A stretch of 64,000 bases of DNA from Takakia lepidozioides. Its lineage: Eukaryota; Plantae; Bryophyta. Under the pieces are notes generated by a model. It was given only the letters and a program-made list of their open reading frames with translations. It was not told the DNA's origin and did no database searches. The stretch spans positions 124,001 to 188,000 of the forward strand of contig CM060733.1 in assembly GCA_030704615.1 (NCBI GenBank), written 5' to 3'. The translations under genes and the position numbers were made by a program. This document shows, piece by piece, positions 25,601 through 39,306 of this stretch; the stretch's first letter is position 1, and every line of letters starts with the position of its first letter.

Positions 25601-28600
25601 TTTTTGAATATTGCCTTTGTGAACATATTATATGTTGAATGCGATAGGATTAATGAAGATGATAATTGACAAAAATCTTGACGACTCTCTTTGAAAAGAA
25701 AAGAGAAAACATGAGTGCAAGGTGCTAGCATAGTTTAACACTTGTGTTGAAAAGAGCTTGGTAGATAGCTCTTGTGGGACAAGGTGTTGCAGGGTTACAA
25801 AGAAAGTCCTTTGCCCAACCCGGATCTCTTAGAAAAAAAGTATCCTCCCCTTGAGCTTGTGCTGCGAGGTTACTATGAAAGAGGTTATTTTCTCCTCTCA
25901 CTATTAATTGAAGCGGTCGCTCCTGGCAGATATTTATAAAAGAAAAGAGAAAAGAATAGCATACGCAATTCATCTTGGATCAAATCTTTCTCACAAGCTA
26001 TTCGCAACTTGAAAAAAGAAAAAAGAAAAAAAACTTGAAATGCATTCTTAATGTTCAATGCAATCTGAGTCCTAAAGTTCACCAAGAATGTGGATGCTTT
26101 CAATTTTGGACTGTTTGGCTCCATCACTAGTCCATTTTGTGTCCATTGGTCATTGTGGGTCTTTTTGGTCTCATCAGACTGGGGAGTGAAGCTGCGCCTA
26201 GAAATAGTGGCCTCTCATTCCGAGAACCGAGGTTCGGTAGTGTGTGAGTAGGCTCTCGCGAGCACAGAGGCATAGTTTGCATTGGAGACTATGCGAGAGC
26301 GAAACCAAAATGTGCTCTTGCAAAAAGAAATACGAAACTATCTGAAAACCGTGCTCATGCGACAAAACTTATGAAATTAATTGTCCAAAGCTTAGAGCAC
26401 AAAGACCCACAAATATTTTGTCAGAACTCAAAAGTCAACGAACGTAAACAATGTGGCATTTTGTAAAACATTGTGTGTAGAACATCCCCAAGAACCACCC
26501 AAAAAATGGATTTCGCCATCGAAACGTGAACGCATCTTGAATTTTTGCTAGCGAAACTTGGATTTCGTCGGCGAAATTGGGGGTTTGGTTGGGGTTTGGT
26601 TGTTTCTATTTTCTTTTTTGTAACGCAGAAAGACCCTATGTCCGTCTGTTATATGTATTTCCGCTGGCATACATATCACCCCCATAATTGTGGATCCTGC
26701 TCACACGCGGTGTTTTTTTGGTGCTCGCGCTGTGCTCACACCATGCCAATCCCCCGAGAACCAACCGGCTAAGTGGGTTGGGAGTCAGTTGCTTCCCATT
26801 AGTGGTAACTACAATTGGTCAATTTCCTCGGTATATTTCCTAATGTTTCAATTATCACTCGGAAATTCCTCGAAACCACTCGGCTAGCATATAACTGGCC
26901 GGTTCTCCCAGTTCATTTGGTCTGCCCAGTATCAAATCAATCCACTGCGGACACCATCATGTAAGTATACTATAAGTTTATTTGTTTGTTTGTTTTTTTT
27001 CCCCAAACGTCTGTGTTTTATCACTGAGTTACTGTAAGGCTCTGCCCTACAACTTTCAAACTCCAACACAATCAATTTTCACACAAGGCAATCGGTGATT
27101 CCACTGAATGTGTCAGACCTAGATACTCTTGTACCTCTGCAGCATGCAGGGAAACCTCCCCACCCCGGAAACTTACTCTCATCTCTCTCCGGGACCCAGA
27201 TCTGCTTCCAGACAATGCAAATTATAAGCATCATCATGATAGTCTATCTTGGGACATAGAAGCAGTGCCCAGGCCTGCCCCTCCCCCCTCTCTGCCAAAT
27301 TCTGTCTGCCTACTTGCTACCCACTCCAAGTCTGCAACACTGCAGCCTGCCACACTCCCATGTACATGCCTTGAACGGCAACACAGTGGGTACTGTTCCT
27401 CTCATCATCGACAAAAAATTTAGTTTGTGGACGGCTCATTCTCACCTAAAAATATAGAATTAGGGTTAGAGACACATGGCAGAGGTGGTAGAGCGGAATA
27501 GGTGGCCGCCGCGTGTAGTCCAACCCCGGCCCGTACCAGTCGCCGGGAACCCACGCCGACCATCCTGCCAGGCCTGACAACGAATGAACAACTCTCATTT
27601 TATCATTCATCCGCGGCATCTTTCGTCTATTGATGCGGAGACCGAACAACACTGCCGTGGATGAACTGCAGGTTCATGGATGAGAGCGTGTTCTGTGCAT
27701 GAGCTGGACTGCGGAGAAAGATAGGGCGCCTTCCCACCCTTGTTCTAAATATATATGGACGGGCGAGATCGAACAACTATCCCACGTGCTCTGTGACAAC
27801 CGCATCATCTCGCCATTCAAATGGGACACATGAACGGACGGATGTCGTCAACATCTATTCAAACACGGATGACCGCTGACATGGCATAGCATTTTCGGGC
27901 GCCGATGTCTCAACATCTACGGCTATCAGAGAAGCACGTGCAAGAGATTCGATATTGAAGGCCTCTTGGATGAATGCTGAGAACGGATAATAGCTTCCAT
28001 CTATGCCGTCTCCGCCCCAGACATTCATCTCTGCAAACGTTATTCATCTAGAAACTTCGTCCATATATCTGTCGATATCGTTTCCATCCATGTTTCACGT
28101 ATGAGGGCCGTCGTAGGGATGAACAGAGGCCGTAATGGATGGATGCGGTTCTTTAACCTTCCATAAACGCCACCGCCGCTTGGTGGTTAGAAGAGGGTGG
28201 TCTGCGCCACAAAGTCAATGGAGGTTGAATCCGAGGGAGGTTGAATCTTAAATCTTTGAGGGAGAGAGAGGGAGGGAGATCCTGTCTGCCGTTTTCTGAG
28301 CTGGGCAATGAGACTCGAGATGGCTCAAAATGTCTGAGAATTAAGCACCGTGCAGGCAGCAGATCGTTCACAGGGCGCTCTAAATGAGTCCTGGGTGAGC
28401 AGACATTGCTGTTTAATCTTAGATCCATGGGGGTTGTGTATATTTAATTACAGCCTGCTGCACAACACTGGCTTGTCTTTTGGGTGTGGAGTTGGAGCTG
28501 AAAATTGTGTAGGTACGCAGGCTGTATTCGGGGAAGATCTGACGAACCATGACTTGGTTGAGATTCCTTGACGTGGTTGCAATACTGCTCGCGCTGCTTC

Positions 28601-30153
28601 CCTGTTTGGTGTCGCAAGCTGTTCATGCAAGCACCATCTACTCTGACGGTCTGTTCTCAACTCCAATATAGGTCGTGAAGCTTGTCTCAACGATTTCGTA
28701 TGGACTTGTTGAACTATCGTAGGTGTCACCACATCAAGTTTGTGGTTGCCATTAAAGGTGCAATTATGTACATCTGAATATTTCTCGCTAAACTGGACAC
28801 TGCTCCTGAACGGGCCAAGTACTTAGGTACAGTGCCAAGTATTCAAGAGAATCTGTGATGCACAAAAACTTCCACACCATTTTAAACCGCTGCCCAGTTG
28901 CAGTGTCATACAGTACGTGTGTTTCAACCGCTTTAACTCTCACCATGATGTGCTGAGTACTAATGAGGAGGCTAGAAGGACGGGAAAGCGTCCAAATGAA
29001 CTTGCTAGTATCTTTTAGTACACATCGTGAGGCAATCTTGAGCTCTGGTAGCAGATGTCCCCGGCCCGGACAAGAGTTCAGCTGACCTCGATAAGCAGAT
29101 CACCTCCTGCGCTAGCTCCTAATAGTAAGACGCGTGTATCAGAGCCGGGAACTTTGAAAGGCCCAATAGGACTCCTCCTGTAGCCGAAGAAATGATCATA
29201 TTCCTTCAAGGTCCTACTTGTGTGTCAACTGGTTAATAGACAAAGGTCAAGCTCTCCTGGCGCAATATATTACATTTGTGATCAGGCATGGATATAGACT
29301 TGGTTACTTGCCGAAACTGATTATGACATGCTTACTCAATTGTTCTGCATGGTCTCCTTGATCATCTTGATTTGTTTGGAGTCCAACACTGAATGAAAGC
29401 ATTCATTTGACGATCGCAGTATGAGGTGGTTGGGCGCAGTTGTTGCTTTGCAAGAGCTGAATCTGCGACGATGGCACGCAACTGCAGAACTGGCGCGGGC
29501 TTGGTCTCTCCATTTCGGCTCTCATCGGAAAGGCGATTCCTGCAATCATCACACAGTTGCAGGCTTGTATGCACCATTGTCGCAGTCCTGAGTGCCCTCA
29601 AGCAGTTGATAACCCACATTGCATCAGCTACTAATCAATGTTCAACTTTTCAGAATGATGAAGCTCATACTTAGTGCTTCATCTACTTGCACGACTACAG
29701 CTACCACCGGGTGTCCGTATTCCAGTGCAAGGCCTATCAAGCAGAACATGGTCCAAACACGTAATAATATCTAGTTCTCTAGAAAACTCGTGAGGGCCGG
29801 GGGATGAGTTGAACCATGGTCGGCTGTAGGTCACTTTATGACCTGGTCCATCACATGATACAACGTCTCCTGCCTTTGGAACTTACAAGTTCATGAGCCA
29901 GCGGAAGAGGCTTATAATTTAACTTCTACAACTAGGTGCTTCTAAAGATTGCTTGCCGCCAGATTTGAGATGCGCCATATACTTGAAGCATAATTCCAGG
30001 ACTCGATCTAGCTAGCCAGCAGCATTAGAATTTGTATCTTTTCACCTTCACCCAATGAAAATTCCACCTGGGAACACTGCTAGTTAGTTGTCTTATTGCC
30101 AAAATTGTTTCAATACACACCTGCGATTTCTCACATGAGTGTTTTGTTGGCAG

Positions 30154-33100
30154 GGACTCGAACAATGCAGGGATTATTGGAAGCCTTCAGACCATTGAAG
30201 GCCTTGTCAACCTAAAATTCCCAGTGTAAGCGCAGTACTCAATCACGCATTGACGCAGGTTCAGATTAGATATGTCACGAACATTTGTTTGGATCTTGGG
30301 GACCCTTACAAGAAATTCGTGTTGGATCGGATCTACCTGGAGAATCTAATTTATCTAGAAATAACTGCACTGTATTTTGTCAACAGAAATATCGCTGACA
30401 AGCAATTCTACAGGCAGATTCCCAGACGCCTGCTGCAAGAATCCCTGATTACTGGTACAAAAGCACCCGCTGCTCCATAAATTTCCCTTCAAGGAGATCT
30501 TTGGTTTGCTTGTTTGAGTTTAGGCCTGTCTGAGACACATATATTCAAGGTTTTTAATCTGCGTTAACTTCAAGTTTACTCGTCCTTTTCATTTGCAATT
30601 GCATATTCAGACTCTAGATCCTCATTGACAATCGCCTGTATACTATATTGAACTTGTGGTGATGTGAAAAGTCAGACATAGCATCATCCACCAATCGTTC
30701 TTCTGAATGACTAGATTGACTTTTTGATTTTGAGGATCCTTACAAAGCTCTTGACTGGCACCAGCTCCACTATCAAAAGCTCCTGTTTCACCAGGCAATG
30801 CAACCTCTACACAAGGTTTGTACCCACCAGCATCACCTACTTGAATTGTTCCCCAATGCCAAAGAGAAAGTTCTGTTCTGGTAAGAAACATCAGTTGACA
30901 TTGGGTCCTCATTTTGGACCTACAGAAAGCAATGATGGTAGATGTACATTGTACTGGTATACATATGAATAATGTATGTGTATGAATTGTTTCTCTCTTG
31001 GTTTCTTTCTTTGTTTTTTTCCCTTGGACTCCTTGGGATGATACAGAAATTCATTACAGTGCTTTCATGGCTTTTTTGGCTCTGTTTTTGTTTCCTCTCT
31101 CTTGTTCTTTCCCATTTTGTCCCATAAGCTCTTTGAGCTTTCCGCGGACGTTATAAAGTACCATTTCATTTCATGGTTCACATGTGCAGGTCCCTCATCG
31201 TCTACAAGAGGCCAACTGGTACATGATTTGGTCGGTGCGGGAGCTGTTGCTCTTGTAGTGCTTTTTCTGATAATAATGTGCTGTGGATATTACTATACAA
31301 AGAGGAAGGCTAATGCAAAGAGGATGTTGCCAATTGCTGAAGAAACTCCATCAGGTTATGTTCTGTATGGTGCCAGATGATCATAGACTACTTCATATTC
31401 TACATGAAGAATCCGTATCTTGCCCACCCACCATTGTGAAGCATCTTGATATTGGAAAGGTCTCATTGGGCCGTGACATAATGGTTTTTCTTCCCTCTCC
31501 TCCTTCAGTCACTCCTGAGAAGTTTTCTGCACCTCAGGGTCAGTTTTCCGGGTGGAATGCTTTTAACACTAAATGCCTTTTGTTTGCACTGATGTGTTAC
31601 TATTTCGGGTATTTGAGCAACTTGGCCTTGATGTACTTCCCACTCTGTGCCATGTGGGATCTTCAACAGATGTGCTGGGTGGGAAATCATCATCAGCTAT
31701 CATCCCCTATGCGGTCCTCGCAGATGCAACAAATCACTTCGACCCTGCCAATAGGATTGGTCGAGAAGGTCGATATGGTCCTGTCTTCGTGGTATAAAAC
31801 CTGTTCCTCACAACTGCTCAATGTTTACTTTTGTAATGTAATTTGCTGATTCAAAGTGCACTCCTTGATGGCAGTGCCTGTGGTGGGTCTCTGGTTGTTC
31901 CAGGGGAGCATGTATACTTCCTGCTTTTTCTGCACAGTTGTGAAAATTGATGTGACAACTTGTAGATCATTTCCTCATGTGAGGATACTTTCTAGAAAGA
32001 GAATGCACTAGCTAAAACTGCAGCTGACTGTATCCCATAAAACAGATACTCGTTGAGGGTGTAGATCATGCCGTTAGCACCCCTGTTGGTCCCATCTTCC
32101 CCATCTTGACTCAAATGTTCTCCGTTTGGCCTTTCCAAGGGAGAATTGTTGGATGGTACTGAAGTGGCAATAAGGCGACTGTCTATGAATTCAAGGCAAT
32201 CCAAGCGAGAGTTTGTGATAGGGGTCAGGCTAATCATGGATTTGCAACACAGAAACGTTGTGAGGGTTATAGGATGCTGTTATGGGGGAGCTCGGCTCTT
32301 GGTTTATGAGTGTGTGAAGAATGGAAGCCTTGCCAACCTCCTTTGGGGTAACACCACTCTTCTGTTGGTCTTACACCTTGCCGGTCATCTATATATATGT
32401 ATATATATATATGTGTGTGTGTGTGTGTATAGAACTGGACTGCTGACGTCAGAATCTTAGATCAGTTTGTGGATCAAAGAAGTCCTTACAAGTATGGTTG
32501 TACTGGATGTGTTATTGTAAACATTGCTGGAATATCTGTCGGTCTTCCTTGCCTTGTGATTTCTATTTTGACTCGCTTCTATTTTTGAGGTCCAAAGCTT
32601 TTCAGCTTCAGGGTTGAAAGACATCGAACGTACAATGCAATTCTGAGACTAATCCTTGCTCCATTTACTTCTACGATTGTCAGGAAAGAGGAAGTCTCTG
32701 GTTTGGTCAGAAAGATATGATATTGTGCTGGGTACTGCCCAAGGGCTTGCATATTTGCATGAAAAAGGAGGGGCACACTGTGACATCAAGGCTGGCAACA
32801 TTCTGTTGGACACAAACCTGAAACCCAAGATTGCAGACTGTGGTTTGGCAAGGCTCTTGCATGACTATAAGAGCAATGTCAAACCTCATGAGCCAAGTTC
32901 TATGTAAGTGCTCAAATCCCTCAATCCGTCAAGTTGTGTGTATAGTGAGCTGCCAGGATTTCATGAGAACCTTCAGTAGTTCTTAGACACATCTGCATGG
33001 TTGGGGAGTTTGGGTTTGTCTACTAGCTCGCAATCTGAGTGAGCAAAATGTTGGTCAATTAGAAAAATACAAAGCCAAAGTGTTGAGGCCATCATTCATG

Positions 33101-33949
33101 CTGGCTTTGGCTGGACCTCATTCTCTCCTTTTCTTGACGTGGACAGTAAGAGACTTTCCTCACCCACTAACGAAGCTTAAAACCTGTTCAGGGCATACGT
33201 GGCACCTGAGTTTGATGTGCACACTCAACCCACAGCAAAAGCAGATGTGTTCAGCTTCGGCATTCTTGCTCTGGAAATTGTTAGTGGCAGACCCAGCTTC
33301 AACATCAACTTGCTCGGAACAGACGAGGAAAACCTTCCAGTCTTGGTACACTACTTCACCTCATGCCTTGAGACACATGAACTTTGCTCTGTTCTCCCTA
33401 CCTCTCTCATTATTTTTCCAGTCTTCCCTACTTCTGCCCCGGTATCAAAAATGGGTGTAGGGTTTGTGACCACAAGGCTACAGCAAGCCAGGCCAATTGC
33501 AGAGGGTGGTGGTACTTCATCTCCAAGTGTAATACATGTAGACAGGTAGGAGGGTGCTGGCTGAATATCTGCGGGTAACTAAGCTCTACTTGTGCCTGAT
33601 ATAGGCCTGGAAGCTGCACCAGAAGAGGCAAGTGATGGATCTGGTTGATTGCCGGATAAAGGATGATTACAGGCAGGAACAACTACGGAGAATTGTGGAA
33701 ATTGCCCTGTTATGCACACAAGATGCACCAGCTGCTCGTCCCTCCATGGCCCATGTCATAAGTATGATGACAAGAGAAGAGCCTCTCCCCCAGGTTCCAT
33801 CACAACCAAGTTCGATCTCATTTCAAAACATGTCAGGCACTTTCACCACTGGGAAGAGATCTCGTAGATGGCCATTTTCTGCTAGTGGAAGTTCCAAAGG
33901 AAAGTTCAGTAGTGGCATATTCACATACTCGACTGTTATTCCAAGATAA
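30154..33949 (+). CDS. Receptor-like kinase with reduced LRR ectodomain and predicted pseudokinase domain (5' end unresolved)
   Basis: Exons: 30154-30225 (72-nt LRR), ~30387-30454, a possible Pro-rich exon at ~30765-30815, 31190-31354 (TM), 31670-31791, 32140-32347, 32684-32903, 33192-33345 and 33605-33949. All splice in phase. Kinase motifs read VAIR, EFVIGV, HCDIKAGN, DCG, MAYVAPEF and KADVFSFG. Confidence 0.8.
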
Positions 33950-34592
33950 CAAGATAACAAGAGAATTGACCAGTTTCTTGTCATGTGTTGTTCATTACAT
34001 CTTCAACCGAAAAGAAGACGTATCAGTAGAATTTATCAAATGTGGCTGCTCCTAACATAAAACAAGTGGTTCCTGCCTTGGTTCTTGGTCCTCTCTTCAG
34101 ACAAACAGTCTCTACCCATGGACTTCTTGTCTGTTGCAGACTGTTGTCTTTGGCCATGGTCCTGATGTTTCTCAATCTGTGATAGCACCCATCCACAATG
34201 ACACTAAGAACTTGATCAATGTCATGGGGGAAATTAACCAGTCGTGTCACCACTGGATCTCTGTTGAGTACCAGCAAGTTGAAGAGTTTCAATTTGAGGA
34301 CAACAAGGGTTTCAACAGGGGTTGTCTCATGTGAGAACCCACTTTCTGCTGGCTCATAGCTCCAGTAGTACGCCATTTGCATTTAATCAGTTGCGCAAGA
34401 AGATTTTGCTACTGCACTGCTGCTATTTAATGGTCATACTTCAACTGTGATCATCCCCATGGGCAGCTTATAGCAAGTGGAGTGCTGACTTTTGGATTCC
34501 ATGAGAAAACTCATTTCTTTACCCTTTGCTTGTGAGACATTTCCATCCCCTTGGTTTAGGCAGGGCACGGTCGTTCATGCACTTAGCTTGCT

Positions 34593-37500
34593 TCACCAGT
34601 AATCCCCACAAGAACAAAACCCATCTTGGAAGTGGTGGAAGCGGTTGGTATCCCGCACAACAACTGCTCGACCAACAACCTTTGAGACGAACTTGATGGC
34701 AGTGTGGCAGTCTCCACACACACGAAGGTTCTTAATGACACGGATGGGCCTTCCAGGTGATATGCTTATCAGCCCAAATGCAATAGCCAGCCTCTCACTG
34801 TGGTAGCAAAGAGAAAACTGCTTTTGCTCCTCCTCCACATCATGCAATACAAACCGTGTATCAGGCACATATCCAGCCTCCTTAATCCGCCCAGACAATC
34901 TCTTCAGCTCAGCGTGGATTTCATCAATTTGTGGATGCAAATTGTCTTCTGCAACAAATTTATGAACCCGGTTGTCCACCTCAATGTAGCTAAGCCCTGC
35001 CTCCTTTCTGAAACCTCTGTCCTCCATCATTTTTCTTACTCTTGCTGTATCTTCCCACCTGCCAGCGGCAGCATAGATGTTCGCTAGCAGCACATAAGTT
35101 GCACCATCCTGCGGATCCAACTCAACAAGGCATTTCGCCGCATATTCTGCTAGCTCCACACAGCCATGAATCCTGCAGGCACTAAGCAAGGCCCCCCACA
35201 CCCCACCATCTGGCTCTATTGGCATTTTGTTGATAAAGCCCTGTGCCTCCTTTAACTGCCCTGCACGCCCAAGAAGGTCCACCATGCAGCCAAAATGCTC
35301 CACTGTAGGAGTGATGCTATGATCTCTTTTCATGGAATCAAAATAGTGACGCCCTTCATCTACTAGGCCCACATGACTACATGCAGAGAGAAGAGATATA
35401 TAGGTGCTACCATTTGGTTTGGAGCCTTCACATTGCATTTCTTGAAATAGTTGGACAGCTTCCCTACCACACCCATGCTGTGCGTATCCTGCCATCATTG
35501 CATTCCACGAGACCACATCTCGTTGAGGCATATTCTCAAACACGTGACACGCATCCTGGACGCTTCCACATTTGGCATACATGTCAACAAGGGCAGTTCC
35601 CAGAATTATATCTGGTGCAATTTCAGCTTTCAGGATGTCAGCATGGACCTCTTTGCCCTTTTCCAGGGCTGCCAAGGCAGCACACGCAATGAGAACAGCA
35701 ATGAACGTAACCTTGTTCGGTTTCAACCCTTCCTGTGTCATCTTCCCATACAGCTCGAAAGCCTCCTTACCACAACCATGCTGGGCATATCCTGTAATCA
35801 TTGCATTCCATGAGACCACATCTCGTTGAGCCATTTTGTCAAACACTTGTCGTGCATCGTTGATGCTCCCGCATTTAGCATACATATCAGTAAGGGCAGT
35901 CTCCAGAATGATATCTGGAGGAAGTCCAGCTTTCATGATGTCAGAATAAACCTCTTTGCCCTTTTCAAGAGCTGCCAGGCTGCCACATGCATTTAGAATG
36001 CCAATGAATGTGATCTTGTTGGGTGTCACCCCTTCCCTTTTCATTTGCTCATAAACCTCGAAAGCTTCCCTACCACACCCATGCTCAGCGTATCCTGCAA
36101 TTATCACGCTCCAAGAGACCACATTTCGTTCAGCCATATTGTCTAGTACTTGGCGTGCATCATTAAGACTCCCAGATTTGGCATACATGTCCACAAGCGC
36201 AGTCTCCAGGATGGTATCTGGTGGAATTCCAGCTTTGACAATGTCAGCATGGACCTCTTTGCCTTTTTCCAGGGCTCCTAGGCTTGCACACGCCTTGACA
36301 ATACAGATGAATGTGATCTTGTTGGGCATCAATGCTTCCCGTTTCATTTGCTCATACATTTCCAAAGCCTCCCGACCACAACCATGCTGAGCGTACCCAC
36401 CCATCATAATAGTCCAGGAAAACAAATTTCGTTCTGGCATTCTCTCAAACACTTCGCGTGCATCCACCACGCTCCCACACTTGGCATACATGTTGACAAG
36501 GGTGTTGAGAAGAAAAATGTTTGGCTTGAATCTACTGTGGATAATGTGGGCATGCACCTGCTTCCCCACTGCTAGGTCTTTCATTTTGATGCACTGCTGC
36601 AAAAGACAGACGTAAGTGTCGGAATCTGTTGAAATGCCTCTTTGGTTCATATTGTGCCATGCCTCTTTTACTCGTCCTGCCTTACATAGTGTCCTCACAT
36701 CCCCACCAATGCCAGAACAGTTCTTGTCTACTCCATCTCTAGTTCCTCTTTCAAAAGCAGTGGTGAGGGTGGAGCCTGAATAAAATAACTTTGCCTGGTT
36801 CAACCCTGCCATCCTGCATAACTGATAACAGTTAGATCCAAACCTTTAAAAATTCAAAACACATTCTTAGCTCCTTGACACTTCTCTTGATGTGGCAGGC
36901 TCCATATTAACAGGATTACTAAAAGGCTTCAGTCTTTAGTCATGCCCAGTTTGGACCTCTAACTCGTGTTTCATCCCCAGTTTGAGTGCAAACGTCAAGT
37001 CAGCAAAATTGGGTGCGAGTTTGCCAAACTGGGCATGCGTTTGTCAAATTGGGCATGAGTCCTACTCCTTGACATGATCTCGCAGCTTCCTGCTCGCAGG
37101 TCGCTCGGCGTCACGGGCGTGCAGCTCGGCAAAACCCAAACTGGTTTGACCCCCAAGTTTTGGTGAGAAAACTAGTTTCATCTCGTGTTTTTTCCTTCGT
37201 ATGAGTTTGGTCCCCAGTTTGTTAACTCGTCCCCACTTTTGGCCAAACTCGGGGTACTCGTCCCCAGTTTTTGGCACTTAACGGATAACTTTACTACTTC
37301 CAGAATAAACCGAACCAATTCTTTCTGTTTGAGTTGGAACTTCAAAATCATCACAGAAAGATTACCTGCTGTCTTCCCATTCTAGAGTTCCATGGTGTAG
37401 TTCAACATTACAACCACCACCAGATAATGCTTCACCATGCATCATGACGGATAGTTCTGCCTTTACCCAAGGAGGGTTCAACCAACCCTCAATCCAAAGG

Positions 37501-38147
37501 GCGTCGTTTGTGCGCTTACTTCTGAAATCAGGCGAGCTTGGACTTCTCTGTAAAAACCAACAGTGCGCAGTTGCAGTCCACAGCGTTGCACAGACCATGC
37601 TACAACCTCAAGCTACGAACATTCACAAATTCAAGCAAGTTACAATCCAGTCCACTAAAAGGCATCCAGTTTCAGACACGAGCTGTCCTTCAGACTCTTT
37701 TTTTGGCGTCATGAAGTAAAATCTAACCTTATCAATCCTGTTGTCCCACCACTGTGAAGGATCTGAGAAGAAATCCTGCCAGAGTCGTCTTTGTTCATGG
37801 CTTGACCTGCTAGCGAAATCTACAAGTAAGATTTTTTCACCACACTGTTGCAATGACATAGACGTCTTCGAACAACGATTGGTACTGGGATGGGCAGAAT
37901 ATGGAGTCCGAGGCACACAGATTAGAGACCCAAACAGGTTAGACCCGATTATACCTTTCATCTGCTCCCCTGCTTGCTGGAGAGGCGTCATAGCCATGAC
38001 TCCCACGGGTCTGGGCCCCGGCATTGCCAAGTCGGATGCCCGTTCCAGCTCCAGCGAATTGCAAGTTAACCTGCTGCATGATGTGAGGCATCCCGCCCGC
38101 TGTATGGCCTCTCCTTGAATGCTTATAAGAGCGGCCAACGAGGCCAT
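34593..38147 (-). CDS. PDF-motif/PLS-PPR/E/DYW protein (organellar editing-type deaminase fused to an OSB-type PDF motif), 3 exons, ~940 aa
   Basis: Exons 38147-37728, 37547-37366 and 36813-34593 joined by GT-AG introns in matching phases (0 and 2). Contains P-L-S repeats, E/E+, HSERLA, CGDCH and a C-terminal DYW. Confidence 0.9.
36930..37285. mobile_element. Probable MITE-like insertion in intron 2 of the first PPR gene
   Basis: Dense direct and inverted copies of CCCAGTTTG/CAAACTGGG-like motifs. Termini and TSD were not resolved. Confidence 0.4.
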
Positions 38148-39306
38148 CCTCCTACTTGTTCTAGAGCGGAGACGAGGCGGGACTAAGCTGACAAGGGCAA
38201 AAGGCAGAACTTGGGAAGGGCCATGCTAAAGAGCGACAGAGACCGAGAACAGCACAAAACCGAAGAGCCAGCAATCACGAGAGACCTCAGCATAGCTTTC
38301 GGTGTGAAGGTCTAGGGTGAAGGATTGAGAATTGAGAATTCCGGAGAGGGTTTGCAGTTTGCAGTGAGGGCTGGGGAGTTCCCCATGCACATTTGAAGGG
38401 GCCTCCGGCCTAGAGAGAGGCACCCAGCTGCCCAAGTGCGCCCGATTCTGGGCATTCTTAGCCGGGATGCAGAACCTCCATTTCTCAAACCGCCTAATCC
38501 AACACCCACTGGTTACAGTGGATGCTAGGCTTGGGATCTTCGCAGAGTTTCTTATTATCTTATTATGTAACCATGGCTTCATTATTACCTTCACAATTGC
38601 CTTCTCACTTTTGTTCCTCTCTACTCTTCGCTTGCTCTTCGTCTGCTTGCTCCTGCATCTTCAGTGTGACGATCAGTTTGCAAATAGGATCTCACCAGTA
38701 GGTGACTGTTGCAGGGAATTAGGAGACACGCTCATTTAGACCCGTGCAATGGAATGTAAGTTATGTAGGACATGGGAACAACAAGTGCTATTGAGTGTCA
38801 CGTGAAGTGAGAAAGACCTTCTATGGACTAGTCCCCTGTTAGGCTTCGGCTTATGACTGAAGGGGTTGTTTTCACTCCTCCCAGATTTCCTTTGGGAAAG
38901 TTGAAAACAAACTCTCTCGCAGGTTGGAACTTTCCTGGGATTAAATGGGAGTAATCAATATGAACCTCGAACTCCCACACAGAAAGCCTGAGTCAACATG
39001 AATGGGAGCCTGTATATTACCATCTCACACCAAAGGTCTTTTATCACTTTGAAGCTCTGTAGGTCAATGATATCTTCATGCCTGCTGTTCAAAATCTGTC
39101 CATAACAGGTGTCCATGACTTCACTGCTGCAACTTCAATTGTTATCCTCACCTTGGGCAGGTCACAGCAAGGTACAGTAATGACTGTTGCATCAATGGCC
39201 CAATTTTGTTTCTTACAACTTCAACTCTTTGCTTGCAAAATTAGGAGAGAATGAGCTTTGTACATTTGAAGAGAAAGCGAGACTTCCTTTCATGCCTGTT
39301 GCTTGT

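Noticed and set aside
26900-30100. 5' exons (signal peptide, LRRNT) of the plus-strand RLK or a separate gene
   Set aside because: No convincing in-phase exon chain could be read by eye; left unannotated.
34593-36812. 739-aa ORF as a complete single-exon PPR gene
   Set aside because: A TGCAG acceptor lies 1 nt before the ATG and matches the phase of the upstream PDF exon, so the ORF is the last exon of a longer gene.
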